Part shown: positions 1-8,281 of the stretch, one piece after another | Layout of the letters: every line of letters starts with the position of its first letter | How positions within the stretch are numbered: the stretch's first letter is position 1 | Virus genome (UHGV): UHGV-0243102 | DNA from: a virus | Direction: 5' to 3' (one strand) | DNA: 47,920 nucleotides | Translations under genes and position numbers: made by a program | The notes under the pieces: generated by a model | Told to the model about the DNA's origin: nothing | The model's database searches: none | Seen by the model: only the letters and a program-made list of their open reading frames with translations

Positions 1-1
1 A

Positions 2-2026
2 AACCTGGGTTCAGGCGAAGGCTTTAAACTGATTGGACAATTTTCCAGTGTCGCATCGCTCGCAGCGACATCCGGTAGCCACGGAGACCGTGTGCTGGTC
101 AGGAGCTACCATGAAGGCGGCAGTGAGGGTGGCGGGCAGTTTGTCTATGACGAGGCAAGGGCCGCCGAAAATGACGGAGTAACGGTCTTTAATGGCTGGG
201 TGCGTCAGATAGTTAATAATACCCTGACGAATTACGACGCGGGAATTATCCCGTTTGATGGGTCAGACGCGACAAGCAGATTAAGTGCATTATTTAATAA
301 TGCACCTGATGGAACACATCTATATATAATTGGGCATCACCAGATATCTGGCCCTGTTACAATAAAGGGTAAAAATGCGCTAACATTTCATAGTGATTAC
401 GGTGCAATCTCTGGTTACGAACGCAGGGAGTCATGGGTTTGGGGCGCTGATTCTGATTTTGAATATGGTTCTGGAAACCTTGGCATTTTGTCTTTTTTTA
501 ACTGTCACAAAATTATTGTAGATGGGCTATTCATTGACGGCGCTCATTTGCAACGCCCCGACTCTAAAGAATGGGGTGATTGCATGGTCAGGTATGAGCA
601 TTGTACCTACATGACAATTCGGAACTGTAAAGGTGACGGTTTTGGCGGGTGGGGTATTTTTGGTCTTTACTCTGACTATGCAGATATCCACAACAATGTG
701 ATATCACGAGTGTCCCGCCAGAGCGGAATTAACGCATTTGCCTGCTCAAGCTATAGCAAAGTTTACAACAATACTTTAAATGACGTGGGTCTGTACGGTG
801 TCGAATTTGAAACATTTGATTCTAAAGCCGACTCAGTTACCTATGGAAATCAGGCTTACAATAACGAGATTCGGGGGGCAAAATTTGGGCTTACTGTGGT
901 AGGGAACCATAACGATGCCCTTATTTACAGTAACAAATGCTATGGGTGCCAGACTGGTGTATTTGCCATTAAATATACCGGAAAAAATATCGTCATCAGG
1001 GATAACTCAAGCCTGGATTGCATGCGCGGCGTGCAGGTCAATGCATCAAAGAATGTCCTTACGCTCAGAAATACCCTGACGGTTAACGAGGTTCCCGCGT
1101 TTATAATCGATGACCAGTACAATGCGGTGCTTGATATTACTGCGGACAGAATGGCGTTTTACAGCATCAACTCCGTTCGCGCCGGTTATCAGATTCAGAT
1201 ACGCGGCGTAACGTATACCGTAGCGTCGTCAGTACAGGACCCGACGAGAACCGATTACCAGGCACAGTCTGGCGGTCTGTACCTGAATACGCTGACTGCT
1301 GCCCTGGCAGCTGATGTGGAGCATTGCGATAACGTTTATGTGTCAACAACCAGCCTCGGAATGACACCTTACGGCTTTGGCCTGAATGTCGAGCGCTCAT
1401 CGTCTACGCTAACAGACAGTTCGTCAAATAACCGGTTCATCGGCAATCTGGCGGCGGGTAAAGTGGCGGCGGGCTGCTTCACCAGTTCTGTTTATACGGA
1501 TGTTTCAGCCATCAAAGAGTGGTGGATTGATAATCAGACTTCACCATCAACGGATAACCCTTATACGTGCCGGTGGATGCGTTTTAATCAGGGAGCAAAT
1601 GCGGCCATTAATGTGCAGGGAGCGCGCCACGATAAACTGTCGAGCATATTTTCATCAGCAACTAACGGCTCCACCCTGAATATTTTCGGCAACCGTATTT
1701 TACAGTACGGGTCAAATCTGGCCGTTGCATCAGGCGGACAATTCCCGCCGCATTATTATATTTCTGAAAGCCCGTTTGCGATTGTCAGCATTAAAGTGGT
1801 GCTGACCAACTATTCCTCATCGGAGGATGTATACCTGCGGATAAACGGGACAGAGAACATGGTGAAGGTAGCCGATGCAAATACCTCTGAAACCGCAGTG
1901 GTCAGCTACACATCGAGGAAATTATTTTTCACCTTATCCACTGTGGGCCTGATGTATTTCAGGCTGGCTACCGCCAGCAATACCGCGAAGGTCAGTGGTT
2001 ACTCAATTGAAATCGAAATCATGTGA
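2..2026 (+). CDS. Tailspike / receptor-binding protein with a right-handed parallel beta-helix (pectate-lyase fold). The N-terminus is truncated by the window edge.
   Basis: The reading frame is open from position 2, and the first ATG at 92 is not the true start. Repetitive N/G/I/V-rich rungs (NNVISRVS.., NNTLNDVG.., NNEIRGAK.., GNHNDALIYSNKCYG..) are typical of beta-helix tailspikes. It is convergent with the second tailspike. Confidence 0.55.
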   Translation, partial: NLGSGEGFKLIGQFSSVASLAATSGSHGDRVLVRSYHEGGSEGGGQFVYDEARAAENDGVTVFNGWVRQIVNNTLTNYDAGIIPFDGSDATSRLSALFNNAPDGTHLYIIGHHQISGPVTIKGKNALTFHSDYGAISGYERRESWVWGADSDFEYGSGNLGILSFFNCHKIIVDGLFIDGAHLQRPDSKEWGDCMVRYEHCTYMTIRNCKGDGFGGWGIFGLYSDYADIHNNVISRVSRQSGINAFACSSYSKVYNNTLNDVGLYGVEFETFDSKADSVTYGNQAYNNEIRGAKFGLTVVGNHNDALIYSNKCYGCQTGVFAIKYTGKNIVIRDNSSLDCMRGVQVNASKNVLTLRNTLTVNEVPAFIIDDQYNAVLDITADRMAFYSINSVRAGYQIQIRGVTYTVASSVQDPTRTDYQAQSGGLYLNTLTAALAADVEHCDNVYVSTTSLGMTPYGFGLNVERSSSTLTDSSSNNRFIGNLAAGKVAAGCFTSSVYTDVSAIKEWWIDNQTSPSTDNPYTCRWMRFNQGANAAINVQGARHDKLSSIFSSATNGSTLNIFGNRILQYGSNLAVASGGQFPPHYYISESPFAIVSIKVVLTNYSSSEDVYLRINGTENMVKVADANTSETAVVSYTSRKLFFTLSTVGLMYFRLATASNTAKVSGYSIEIEIM

Positions 2027-2034
2027 GGTTACAG

Positions 2035-2301
2035 ATGGCATTTACCCTGGTTAAATCAGTTACCGTGCTGAAACAGTGCCCGTCACTGTGTAATGCGACC
2101 CTGGCGCCTGAACAGGAAGATATCACTATTACTGTCAGCGTCACCTCGCTGGAATCGTTATCGGGTACGTTCGGAACGGTCAACTATTCCATTACCCCGG
2201 AAGGCGGAACGGCTGGACACGGAATGTTTGACTTCACCTATTCAGGCACGGGCAATCCGATTGATGAAGCGGAAGCGGCATTAAAAGAATCACTTTCCTG
2301 A
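2035..2301 (+). CDS. Small beta-rich protein (88 aa) immediately downstream of tailspike 1. Paralog of 2333..2620.
   Basis: ATG at 2035 has a GAGG 7 nt upstream. The ORF-track GTG at 2023 overlaps the tailspike stop. It starts MAFTLVKSVTVL..ITITVSVTSLESLSGT, versus MAFKITKEVQVSL..LIMTVTSVSVYPDGSGT in the minus-strand copy. Confidence 0.5.
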   Translation: MAFTLVKSVTVLKQCPSLCNATLAPEQEDITITVSVTSLESLSGTFGTVNYSITPEGGTAGHGMFDFTYSGTGNPIDEAEAALKESLS

Positions 2302-2332
2302 GGAAGGAACCCGCCATTACTGGTGGGAATAC

Positions 2333-2620
2333 TCACACCACAACTGCGCCGGAAAACTCAGCCAGCCCCATGATTTGCGCTTGCGCCTGGCTGAAAATAT
2401 CTCCATTCAGCCAGGTTATCGGGAATGAGCGCACATCGCCGTTAGATGCACCATTTACCGTGGTTTCCAGGTATGCTGTCCCCGATCCGTCCGGGTAAAC
2501 CGATACACTGGTAACAGTCATGATGAGCTCCGCGCTCTGGGCCTGAGAGCCAATCACAACGCCGTTTGATACCAGGCTCACCTGAACCTCTTTCGTGATT
2601 TTAAATGCCATAGTTTTCAC
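2333..2620 (-). CDS. Small beta-rich protein (95 aa) downstream of tailspike 2. Paralog of 2035..2301.
   Basis: Its start lies 2 nt after the tailspike stop (2622). It shares the MAF N-terminus with the + strand copy. Confidence 0.5.
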   Translation of the reverse strand: MKTMAFKITKEVQVSLVSNGVVIGSQAQSAELIMTVTSVSVYPDGSGTAYLETTVNGASNGDVRSFPITWLNGDIFSQAQAQIMGLAEFSGAVVV

Positions 2621-2621
2621 C

Positions 2622-5069
2622 TTATGAATACGGGACTTGTTTAACCGGGGTAGCTGTACTTACCGTACCACTTATAAAGTTCGTACCAGCTTTCTTTATC
2701 TCTGCGGCACTTCCGGATGCTGGCAGCGGCGCACTTATGGCGGTAGCGCCGATGACATCGCAGCTATCCAGATCAACGGTAGTACCGGCATAGCAGAATA
2801 ATGCCGTACCCGCAGCGCACTGGATAAACGAATCCGCGAACTTGAGGCGAGCGCTGTTATTGGTGTATACGGCCCTCCCGTTTCCGGTGTTATTTGCCGT
2901 AAATCCGGAGAAAATGTTTTTAAGACCGCCATCAACATAAACCAGGTCGTCTGACGTTGCGCCGTTAACGGTAACGTCGCGAAATTTGCCGTAGTTGGCG
3001 TTAATGTAAACTGCCCTGCCTGTGCTTCCCGTATAGCGCACAGTGTCATCTTTAACTGAAAACCAGAAGTTGATGACGTTAGGCGTAACGTGATGGTTGT
3101 CTTTCCAGGTTCTGTCCGTCTGTGTATTGCTCGGGATGGATACCGACTGGGCCTGAGAACTAAATAACTTGTTACTGTGGAATGACATTCGTGAGACAGG
3201 CATAGAGCCGCCTTCCTGGTAGGCAGTCCCTTTGGTAATAATCCGGTTATCGTGGATGTTTACATCCGTTGACACGAAGCCCTGATACATACCGGCAGAC
3301 AACGTTATTCTGTTGATAATGACGTTATCATGTATTTTGCAGTCTGCCGCAAATGTACAATATATTCCTACACCATTATTATCCCGTATCATATTGTCTG
3401 CGCAGACATAATCGGTAACATTACGCAGGGTGACGCCGGAACCATCAGCTGTTGGTTTAGTCGTATCAGAATTAAAAAATCCGTTACGTCGACAAATATT
3501 CCCCTTAATAACCCCCGTAATCGGGACTGGCGAAGACCCTGTGTAGTTAATATCAATACCGTCCGCAGCGTTTTCCCGGCAGGTGTTATCGGAAATGTTC
3601 ACGCCATCATAATCCGGGTGTGGCCCATACTGCATACCGGATGTGCCATTCCTGAGGCACCAGTTAGTCGTGAAGGTTAAATCCCCGACACCGTAACACC
3701 AGAACCCGTTTCCGCCGTTATCAATCAGTGAAAGCCCGCGAACGGTCAGCCCCCGGATACCTCCGCTATCAATACCATTACCGTAGCGCCCGGTAATCCC
3801 CGTGCTAGAGCTATTTACATAAGTCCCTTTGCTGCCGTTATTTGCAATCAGGCAATTCAACACACTGACGTTAGTTACGTTGTAAATAGATAACCCAACC
3901 GATTTCGAACGGTCAGGATTAGAAATCGTTACCCCTTCAAATTTAAAGTTATCGCCACCTGCATCTACAGACACAGCCTCATATTTATTTTCAATTCTCC
4001 CTGAGCCTTTAATGGCTACATCACTTTCTGTAACCAGAAATAATGAGTAATCAGAACGCCGATTACTTTCAGACCACGTGAAATCACCGACAGGATTATG
4101 CTTAATAACGCCATCAATGATGAGCGTTACTCCCTGCGACGGAAGATGGGTATCAAACAGTTCATAATCACCAGGGGCCCACGCCGTTCTCGTTGGGTGC
4201 ACGGCGGCCGCAGCAAGCATCAGCCGAAAAGCTTCATCGTGGGTTATATCACCCCGGCTTGAGCCGAACATCTCAGGAGTAACAAAAGGCAGGCCGCCGA
4301 TGAGATTTGTGCCGTCGCTTGAACCCAGGTTTGAGCGAAGAGTCGCATCGGTGACATCCAGCCACTTTCCTTTACCCCGTCCGCCAGCCGTATCCGGTGT
4401 GCTACCTGGTAAAACGATCTTCGGCATTGCCCCATCCCAGCGCCAGTATTCATCCGTGGATTCCCACAGAAGAACCTCAAAGCGTTGAGTGAGTAGCGAC
4501 CCTTTTTCAAACGAGCCGATTGCCGGAACATACCCCCATAAGCCAGTTCCCGCAGGATCCTGCAGTTTTGGCTGCCCGGCACCATCAAAGCCAAGCCCCT
4601 TCCATGCCCGCTCCCCTGCTGAAGGCAAAACATTTACCGAGGCTTCAGGGACTCGTAACGTACGCTGGAGTATGTCCAGATTTGCTTCAAACGGGTAAGT
4701 TGGCCGGAAGTGAATAGCAGACTTACCGATGACTACGGGATCATCAGCCTCAACCTGCCAGCAGTCACCATTAATCGAAAAAACCAGCGTACCGTTGACC
4801 GCGTCCCGGGGTCCGTTAAAATCAGTCGCCCTGACCCAGAACGAACGGCGCGCTACCCAGATACCGTTTTCGACGGGGTTATCCTGCCCTAAAAGCAGAA
4901 CACGCATCCCTTCCGTGGTAGTGATCGTCCGCTCATCCGTTGGCGTTTTGGACGTAATAGTCTGCTCGCCGAAACGGGTGATTTCATAATCAGCTGAAAT
5001 ATAGACCGGTGGCTTTACAGCAACACTCGTGGTCAGTCCATAAAGGCGGTCTTGAGGAGTCGCGGGCAT
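2622..5069 (-). CDS. Tailspike protein (815 aa), beta-helix / pectin-lyase fold.
   Basis: It is the last large gene of the late operon. Beta-helix rungs include NPDRSKSVGLSIYNVTNVSVLNCLIANNGSKGTYVNSS, GNGIDSGGIRGLTVRGLSLIDNGGNGFWCYG and IHDNVIINRITL. The N-terminal ~120 aa probably form a particle-binding adaptor. Confidence 0.65.
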   Translation of the reverse strand: MPATPQDRLYGLTTSVAVKPPVYISADYEITRFGEQTITSKTPTDERTITTTEGMRVLLLGQDNPVENGIWVARRSFWVRATDFNGPRDAVNGTLVFSINGDCWQVEADDPVVIGKSAIHFRPTYPFEANLDILQRTLRVPEASVNVLPSAGERAWKGLGFDGAGQPKLQDPAGTGLWGYVPAIGSFEKGSLLTQRFEVLLWESTDEYWRWDGAMPKIVLPGSTPDTAGGRGKGKWLDVTDATLRSNLGSSDGTNLIGGLPFVTPEMFGSSRGDITHDEAFRLMLAAAAVHPTRTAWAPGDYELFDTHLPSQGVTLIIDGVIKHNPVGDFTWSESNRRSDYSLFLVTESDVAIKGSGRIENKYEAVSVDAGGDNFKFEGVTISNPDRSKSVGLSIYNVTNVSVLNCLIANNGSKGTYVNSSSTGITGRYGNGIDSGGIRGLTVRGLSLIDNGGNGFWCYGVGDLTFTTNWCLRNGTSGMQYGPHPDYDGVNISDNTCRENAADGIDINYTGSSPVPITGVIKGNICRRNGFFNSDTTKPTADGSGVTLRNVTDYVCADNMIRDNNGVGIYCTFAADCKIHDNVIINRITLSAGMYQGFVSTDVNIHDNRIITKGTAYQEGGSMPVSRMSFHSNKLFSSQAQSVSIPSNTQTDRTWKDNHHVTPNVINFWFSVKDDTVRYTGSTGRAVYINANYGKFRDVTVNGATSDDLVYVDGGLKNIFSGFTANNTGNGRAVYTNNSARLKFADSFIQCAAGTALFCYAGTTVDLDSCDVIGATAISAPLPASGSAAEIKKAGTNFISGTVSTATPVKQVPYS

Positions 5070-5163
5070 TTACTTTTCTCCGGACGTGAATAATCCCCGC
5101 AGGGCAAGGCCTGCGGTATGTGCAACGAAAGCCCGGTGCTTGCACGGGCTGGATTTTAGAGAT

Positions 5164-5196
5164 AAAAAAACCCGCATTCGCGGGCTTGTTTGTTTA
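5164..5196. terminator. Bidirectional rho-independent terminator (CCCGC-ATTC-GCGGG, with an A-run on one side and a T-run on the other).
   Basis: The sequence aaaaaaaCCCGCattcGCGGGcttgtttgttt has a GC stem flanked by poly-A/poly-T, so it terminates on both strands. Confidence 0.6.
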
Positions 5197-5219
5197 TGAA
5201 TCTTGAACTAACTTTTCAT

Positions 5220-5237
5220 GGCTATCAGCTGATAGCC
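5220..5237. promoter_or_regulatory. Perfect 18-bp palindrome GGCTATCAGCTGATAGCC, 24 bp upstream of the small secreted-peptide ORF.
   Basis: An exact 9+9 inverted repeat with a TTGAAC -35-like hexamer just upstream (5211-5216). It is a candidate operator for a dimeric regulator. Confidence 0.4.
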
Positions 5238-5260
5238 ACACTACACACAAGGTATTAAAC

Positions 5261-5413
5261 ATGAAAAAAGCATTTGCAGTGCTGTTTGTTCTGCTTTCTC
5301 TGGGATCGGTAACACAAGCCTACGCTGGCAATTGCCAGAGTCCGGATGATCGCGCCTCTGATGGTTCGCGTTGTGGTGGTCGTTCTGCTGATTCCCGGCC
5401 TGGTGGTCAGTAA
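5261..5413 (+). CDS. Small secreted peptide (50 aa): a Sec signal peptide (MKKAFAVLFVLLSLGSVTQAYA) plus a 28-aa Gly/Ser/Asp/Arg-rich mature part with 2 Cys.
   Basis: It is not in the ORF track because it is under 60 aa. There is a clear n-h-c signal peptide with an AYA-G cleavage site. Its own terminator hairpin (GGCTGC-GAAA-GCGGCC + TATTTA) lies at 5417-5440. It sits in an AT-rich moron island. Confidence 0.45.
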   Translation: MKKAFAVLFVLLSLGSVTQAYAGNCQSPDDRASDGSRCGGRSADSRPGGQ

Positions 5414-5494
5414 TAATTAAGGCTGCGAAAGCGGCCTATTTAATGAGATGCATTCTGAGTGCAGAAGAAGATGAACCCACCTAAATGAGCTATG

Positions 5495-5800
5495 TTATCT
5501 CTGTTTAAAAAACGAAGTTATTCTCTTCCACGCTTGGTGTGGATTCTCACTGGCAACTACATAAGCAGGGATGCAGAGAACACAGCCTACAATGAACAAA
5601 ATACCAGCCGCCATAGTGCTGTTTTGCTGATAGTAGACGAACGAAGAAAGAAAAATTGTCAGCGGCCATAAAAATGTAAACAGCCATTTAACTGAGAACT
5701 CAAACTTACGCCTTGCTCTGTCGTGCTTCCCCATAAAGCTCAGGAACGCCCATACAACAAGGCCAAAAATAATGTATGAAATATAATCTATATCTGACAT
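5495..5800 (-). CDS. Small integral membrane protein (101 aa, ~3 TM), probable moron.
   Basis: It is markedly AT-rich compared with the flanking virion genes. It has three hydrophobic segments and is inserted between the internal-protein genes and the tailspike. Confidence 0.5.
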   Translation of the reverse strand: MSDIDYISYIIFGLVVWAFLSFMGKHDRARRKFEFSVKWLFTFLWPLTIFLSSFVYYQQNSTMAAGILFIVGCVLCIPAYVVASENPHQAWKRITSFFKQR

Positions 5801-5803
5801 TAG

Positions 5804-8278
5804 TTACCTCGGTACTGTGTCCTGTGGGCGCCACCAGTATGTTTGGTTAAACTCTTTGCGGGAACGCTGTTCCATTTTATGAAGATAGCCAGGGGAAAAA
5901 TACTCCTGCAACTGGTTAAAAATCATATGATCAAGAGCCGCTTTTGCATACCACAGATTTGCCCCCGGAATAAGGCCTTTACCCAGTTTAACCAGATCCC
6001 CTCCTGTCTGCTCTGGTTTCCCTTCTACGGCATTTAGTGGGATACCTTGGGCCAGTTTAACTACATCATCAACTAGCCCCGCAACCGGCCCTAGCATTGA
6101 TGCAAGCGCGCCACCACCATAGCGGGTGTGATCAGAGAGAAGGAAATCTCCATATAATCCGAGTCCTCCACCTTTAAGCAACGCCCCCAACCAGAATTTT
6201 CCTGCATCCTTTCCGATCATTTCACGAGGATTTCGGCCAGACGCCATGTCGTTTAATTGCTGAGAAAGCGCACCAAGTAACGTGGTGCTGGCAATAAATG
6301 CTGATACATAAGCTGCACGCCCACCGGCTGAAGGCATTCCCATAGCTCTGGACCAATGACGCATAACTACAGATATTGGAAAGGATTTGAACAAAAATAC
6401 ACTTCGGGTCAATTCACCTTTCCACGTCCCACGCTGAAGCCCACCACCAGTGACCATCTGTTCACGAGCCCCGGGGGTAATCACCGCCATATCAACTTCT
6501 TCGGCAACAGCGCCAAGCAAACGCCGCATAGCCTCAAACTTGACTCGCTCGGGTGGGCCAATGTGAGAAACGGCTGCATCTGGAATGCGCATAATGCTCT
6601 CAGGCGTAAGCATTGTATTATTCCCCTTGCCCCAATCCTCCTGATCGGCCAGTTTCCAGACGGCAAAGTCTTGCTCTGTCACGCCCTTGTTTTTTAAAAT
6701 TCGAAAATCATTATCGTCCAAGCTGCGGAGGTCTGGCGTTCGACTAATGACATCTCCTAGGCTTCCCATCATCGTAACGCCATATGCCCGTTTATGGGCA
6801 TCTGACCACGCTGTCAAACCACTGGCTCGCATAACAGCAGTCGCAGCCCAGCGAGCCTTCGACGGCCCCATGTTATCCATCGCCCAACGATTGACACTGC
6901 CAAGAAGTGACTCCATTGCTAGCCCCGCTCGACGTGCACGTGCTAGCTCTGTACGATTCGTCGGGTCCATCGCCTCCAGCTGGTTACGGAGTAGCTGGCT
7001 CATTGGCAGATTAGTGACCTTTGCCGACAGATACATCGTGCCGAGATCAGAGAAGGAAGCTAGCAGGGCGGAGCCAAGACGGCTGGCCACCAGCCAGTTA
7101 CGGATATTGTCGGACCATCTGGCGATATGCGGATTCGCTATCGGTTGCGTCTTGCCCGAAATGAAGTTGTAAAGATTTTCGGTGCTGTTAGCCAGGCGCT
7201 TAACCCGGCCGGCGCGTCGCGGGTTCGCGATAGCTGTTTCCGCCCTTACTTCGTCGAGAATAGAACGAAATACGTGATCCGGGTTCGGCCCGTAAGTTTC
7301 CACCAGCGCAATATCTTTGCTGATGCTTTCCAGATGATGCACCATAATTTCCCACAACGAACGGTCGCCATACTGACGCTGGTATTCAAGGTACGCCTCA
7401 CCATCTCTGAAATGGATCTGCCGGGAAGCATTTCCCCGGTTGGCTCTCGCCCCGGAAATACGCAAACCTGTCTCGCTGAGTTTATTTAAACCACCGGTAG
7501 CGATAGTCTCGTATGCCTCACCCAGAAACGCCGTCAGCTCCGCATCGGACATCAGCTGCCCGTCGCTTTTGGTGTAATACTTTCGGTCAAGTTTCCCAAT
7601 GATATCGCTGACCCACTTATCCTTAGAAACCTTGCCAACTTTTTCCATTGAATGGTGCTGAGGCATGCCCCAGTCATCCAGATGCCCAATGTCGCCACCC
7701 GCATCGTTAAACCGGCGGCGGAGCAATTCAGTAACATCCTTCCAGGCTTTTGCACCTGCCCGGGCTTTAGCATTCCCCGTACTTTTCCCCCGAATTTCAT
7801 AAACCAGATCACGAACGCCTTTTTCATCTTCGAACAGGCCGAAAAATCGAGGGTCAACAGCTTCAAAAGCTTCCTGCAGCTGGCTGAGCGCGTAATCTCG
7901 CGTAGCCTTCCCGCGGGATTCAACAGACAGGAAATTTGCTTTGCCATCAGCGTGAAAAGCTATCGTGCGATTCAGTGCCTCCAGCTTTCCGTCTTTCCCT
8001 TTGTAATTATTAATAAATGAATCAAGGCGCTGGCGGGCAGTGATAGTTAAGGCAACGCGACGTTTCTTTAACGCCGCCTCTTGCTTTAACTCATCGGCGG
8101 CAAGTTGCCCGGCCCTGCGCAGACGTTCGGCTTCGGATAACATCCGCCACGACGCAGGGTCGTTACGCGCGAGCGATCGCATGTTTCTGTAGATACGGTC
8201 TTCAATATTCTGAATTTCACGAGCGCTCAGAGTGCGCTGCGCTGCCTTTTGTACTGCCTGAATGCATTCCTGACGCAT
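5804..8278 (-). CDS. Internal virion / ejection protein (824 aa).
   Basis: A large late-operon protein positioned like T7 gp15/gp16-type core proteins. Confidence 0.45.
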   Translation of the reverse strand: MRQECIQAVQKAAQRTLSAREIQNIEDRIYRNMRSLARNDPASWRMLSEAERLRRAGQLAADELKQEAALKKRRVALTITARQRLDSFINNYKGKDGKLEALNRTIAFHADGKANFLSVESRGKATRDYALSQLQEAFEAVDPRFFGLFEDEKGVRDLVYEIRGKSTGNAKARAGAKAWKDVTELLRRRFNDAGGDIGHLDDWGMPQHHSMEKVGKVSKDKWVSDIIGKLDRKYYTKSDGQLMSDAELTAFLGEAYETIATGGLNKLSETGLRISGARANRGNASRQIHFRDGEAYLEYQRQYGDRSLWEIMVHHLESISKDIALVETYGPNPDHVFRSILDEVRAETAIANPRRAGRVKRLANSTENLYNFISGKTQPIANPHIARWSDNIRNWLVASRLGSALLASFSDLGTMYLSAKVTNLPMSQLLRNQLEAMDPTNRTELARARRAGLAMESLLGSVNRWAMDNMGPSKARWAATAVMRASGLTAWSDAHKRAYGVTMMGSLGDVISRTPDLRSLDDNDFRILKNKGVTEQDFAVWKLADQEDWGKGNNTMLTPESIMRIPDAAVSHIGPPERVKFEAMRRLLGAVAEEVDMAVITPGAREQMVTGGGLQRGTWKGELTRSVFLFKSFPISVVMRHWSRAMGMPSAGGRAAYVSAFIASTTLLGALSQQLNDMASGRNPREMIGKDAGKFWLGALLKGGGLGLYGDFLLSDHTRYGGGALASMLGPVAGLVDDVVKLAQGIPLNAVEGKPEQTGGDLVKLGKGLIPGANLWYAKAALDHMIFNQLQEYFSPGYLHKMEQRSRKEFNQTYWWRPQDTVPR

Positions 8279-8281
8279 AAA

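Noticed and set aside
940-1400. Minus-strand ORFs (60 and 77 aa) inside the + strand tailspike gene, and many similar 60-180-aa antisense or out-of-frame ORFs throughout the ORF track (e.g. 3330..3680, 4244..4633, 6687..7172, 12859..13377, 14085..14639, 18568..19218, 20258..20761, 30790..31158, 41978..42703).
   Set aside because: They are fully nested in or antisense to long, well-supported genes, lack ribosome-binding sites, and have Arg/Ser/Pro-rich compositions typical of shadow ORFs in GC-rich frames.
2310-2327. The stem-loop CCCGCC-attact-GGTGGG between the two convergent small genes as a bidirectional terminator.
   Set aside because: The stem contains a G-U wobble and has no flanking U-tracts. 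It is plausible but too weak to call as a feature.
1-5069. The idea that the convergent tailspike pair is an invertible (G-segment-like) cassette controlled by the Hin/Cin-type invertase at 47319..47870.
   Set aside because: I found no 26-bp hix/gix/cix-like crossover sites (TTATC..AAACC..GGTTT..GATAA) flanking the tailspike region or near the invertase. The invertase lies outside the integrase and att end, so it probably belongs to a neighbouring element. Kept only as a remark in the tailspike finding.
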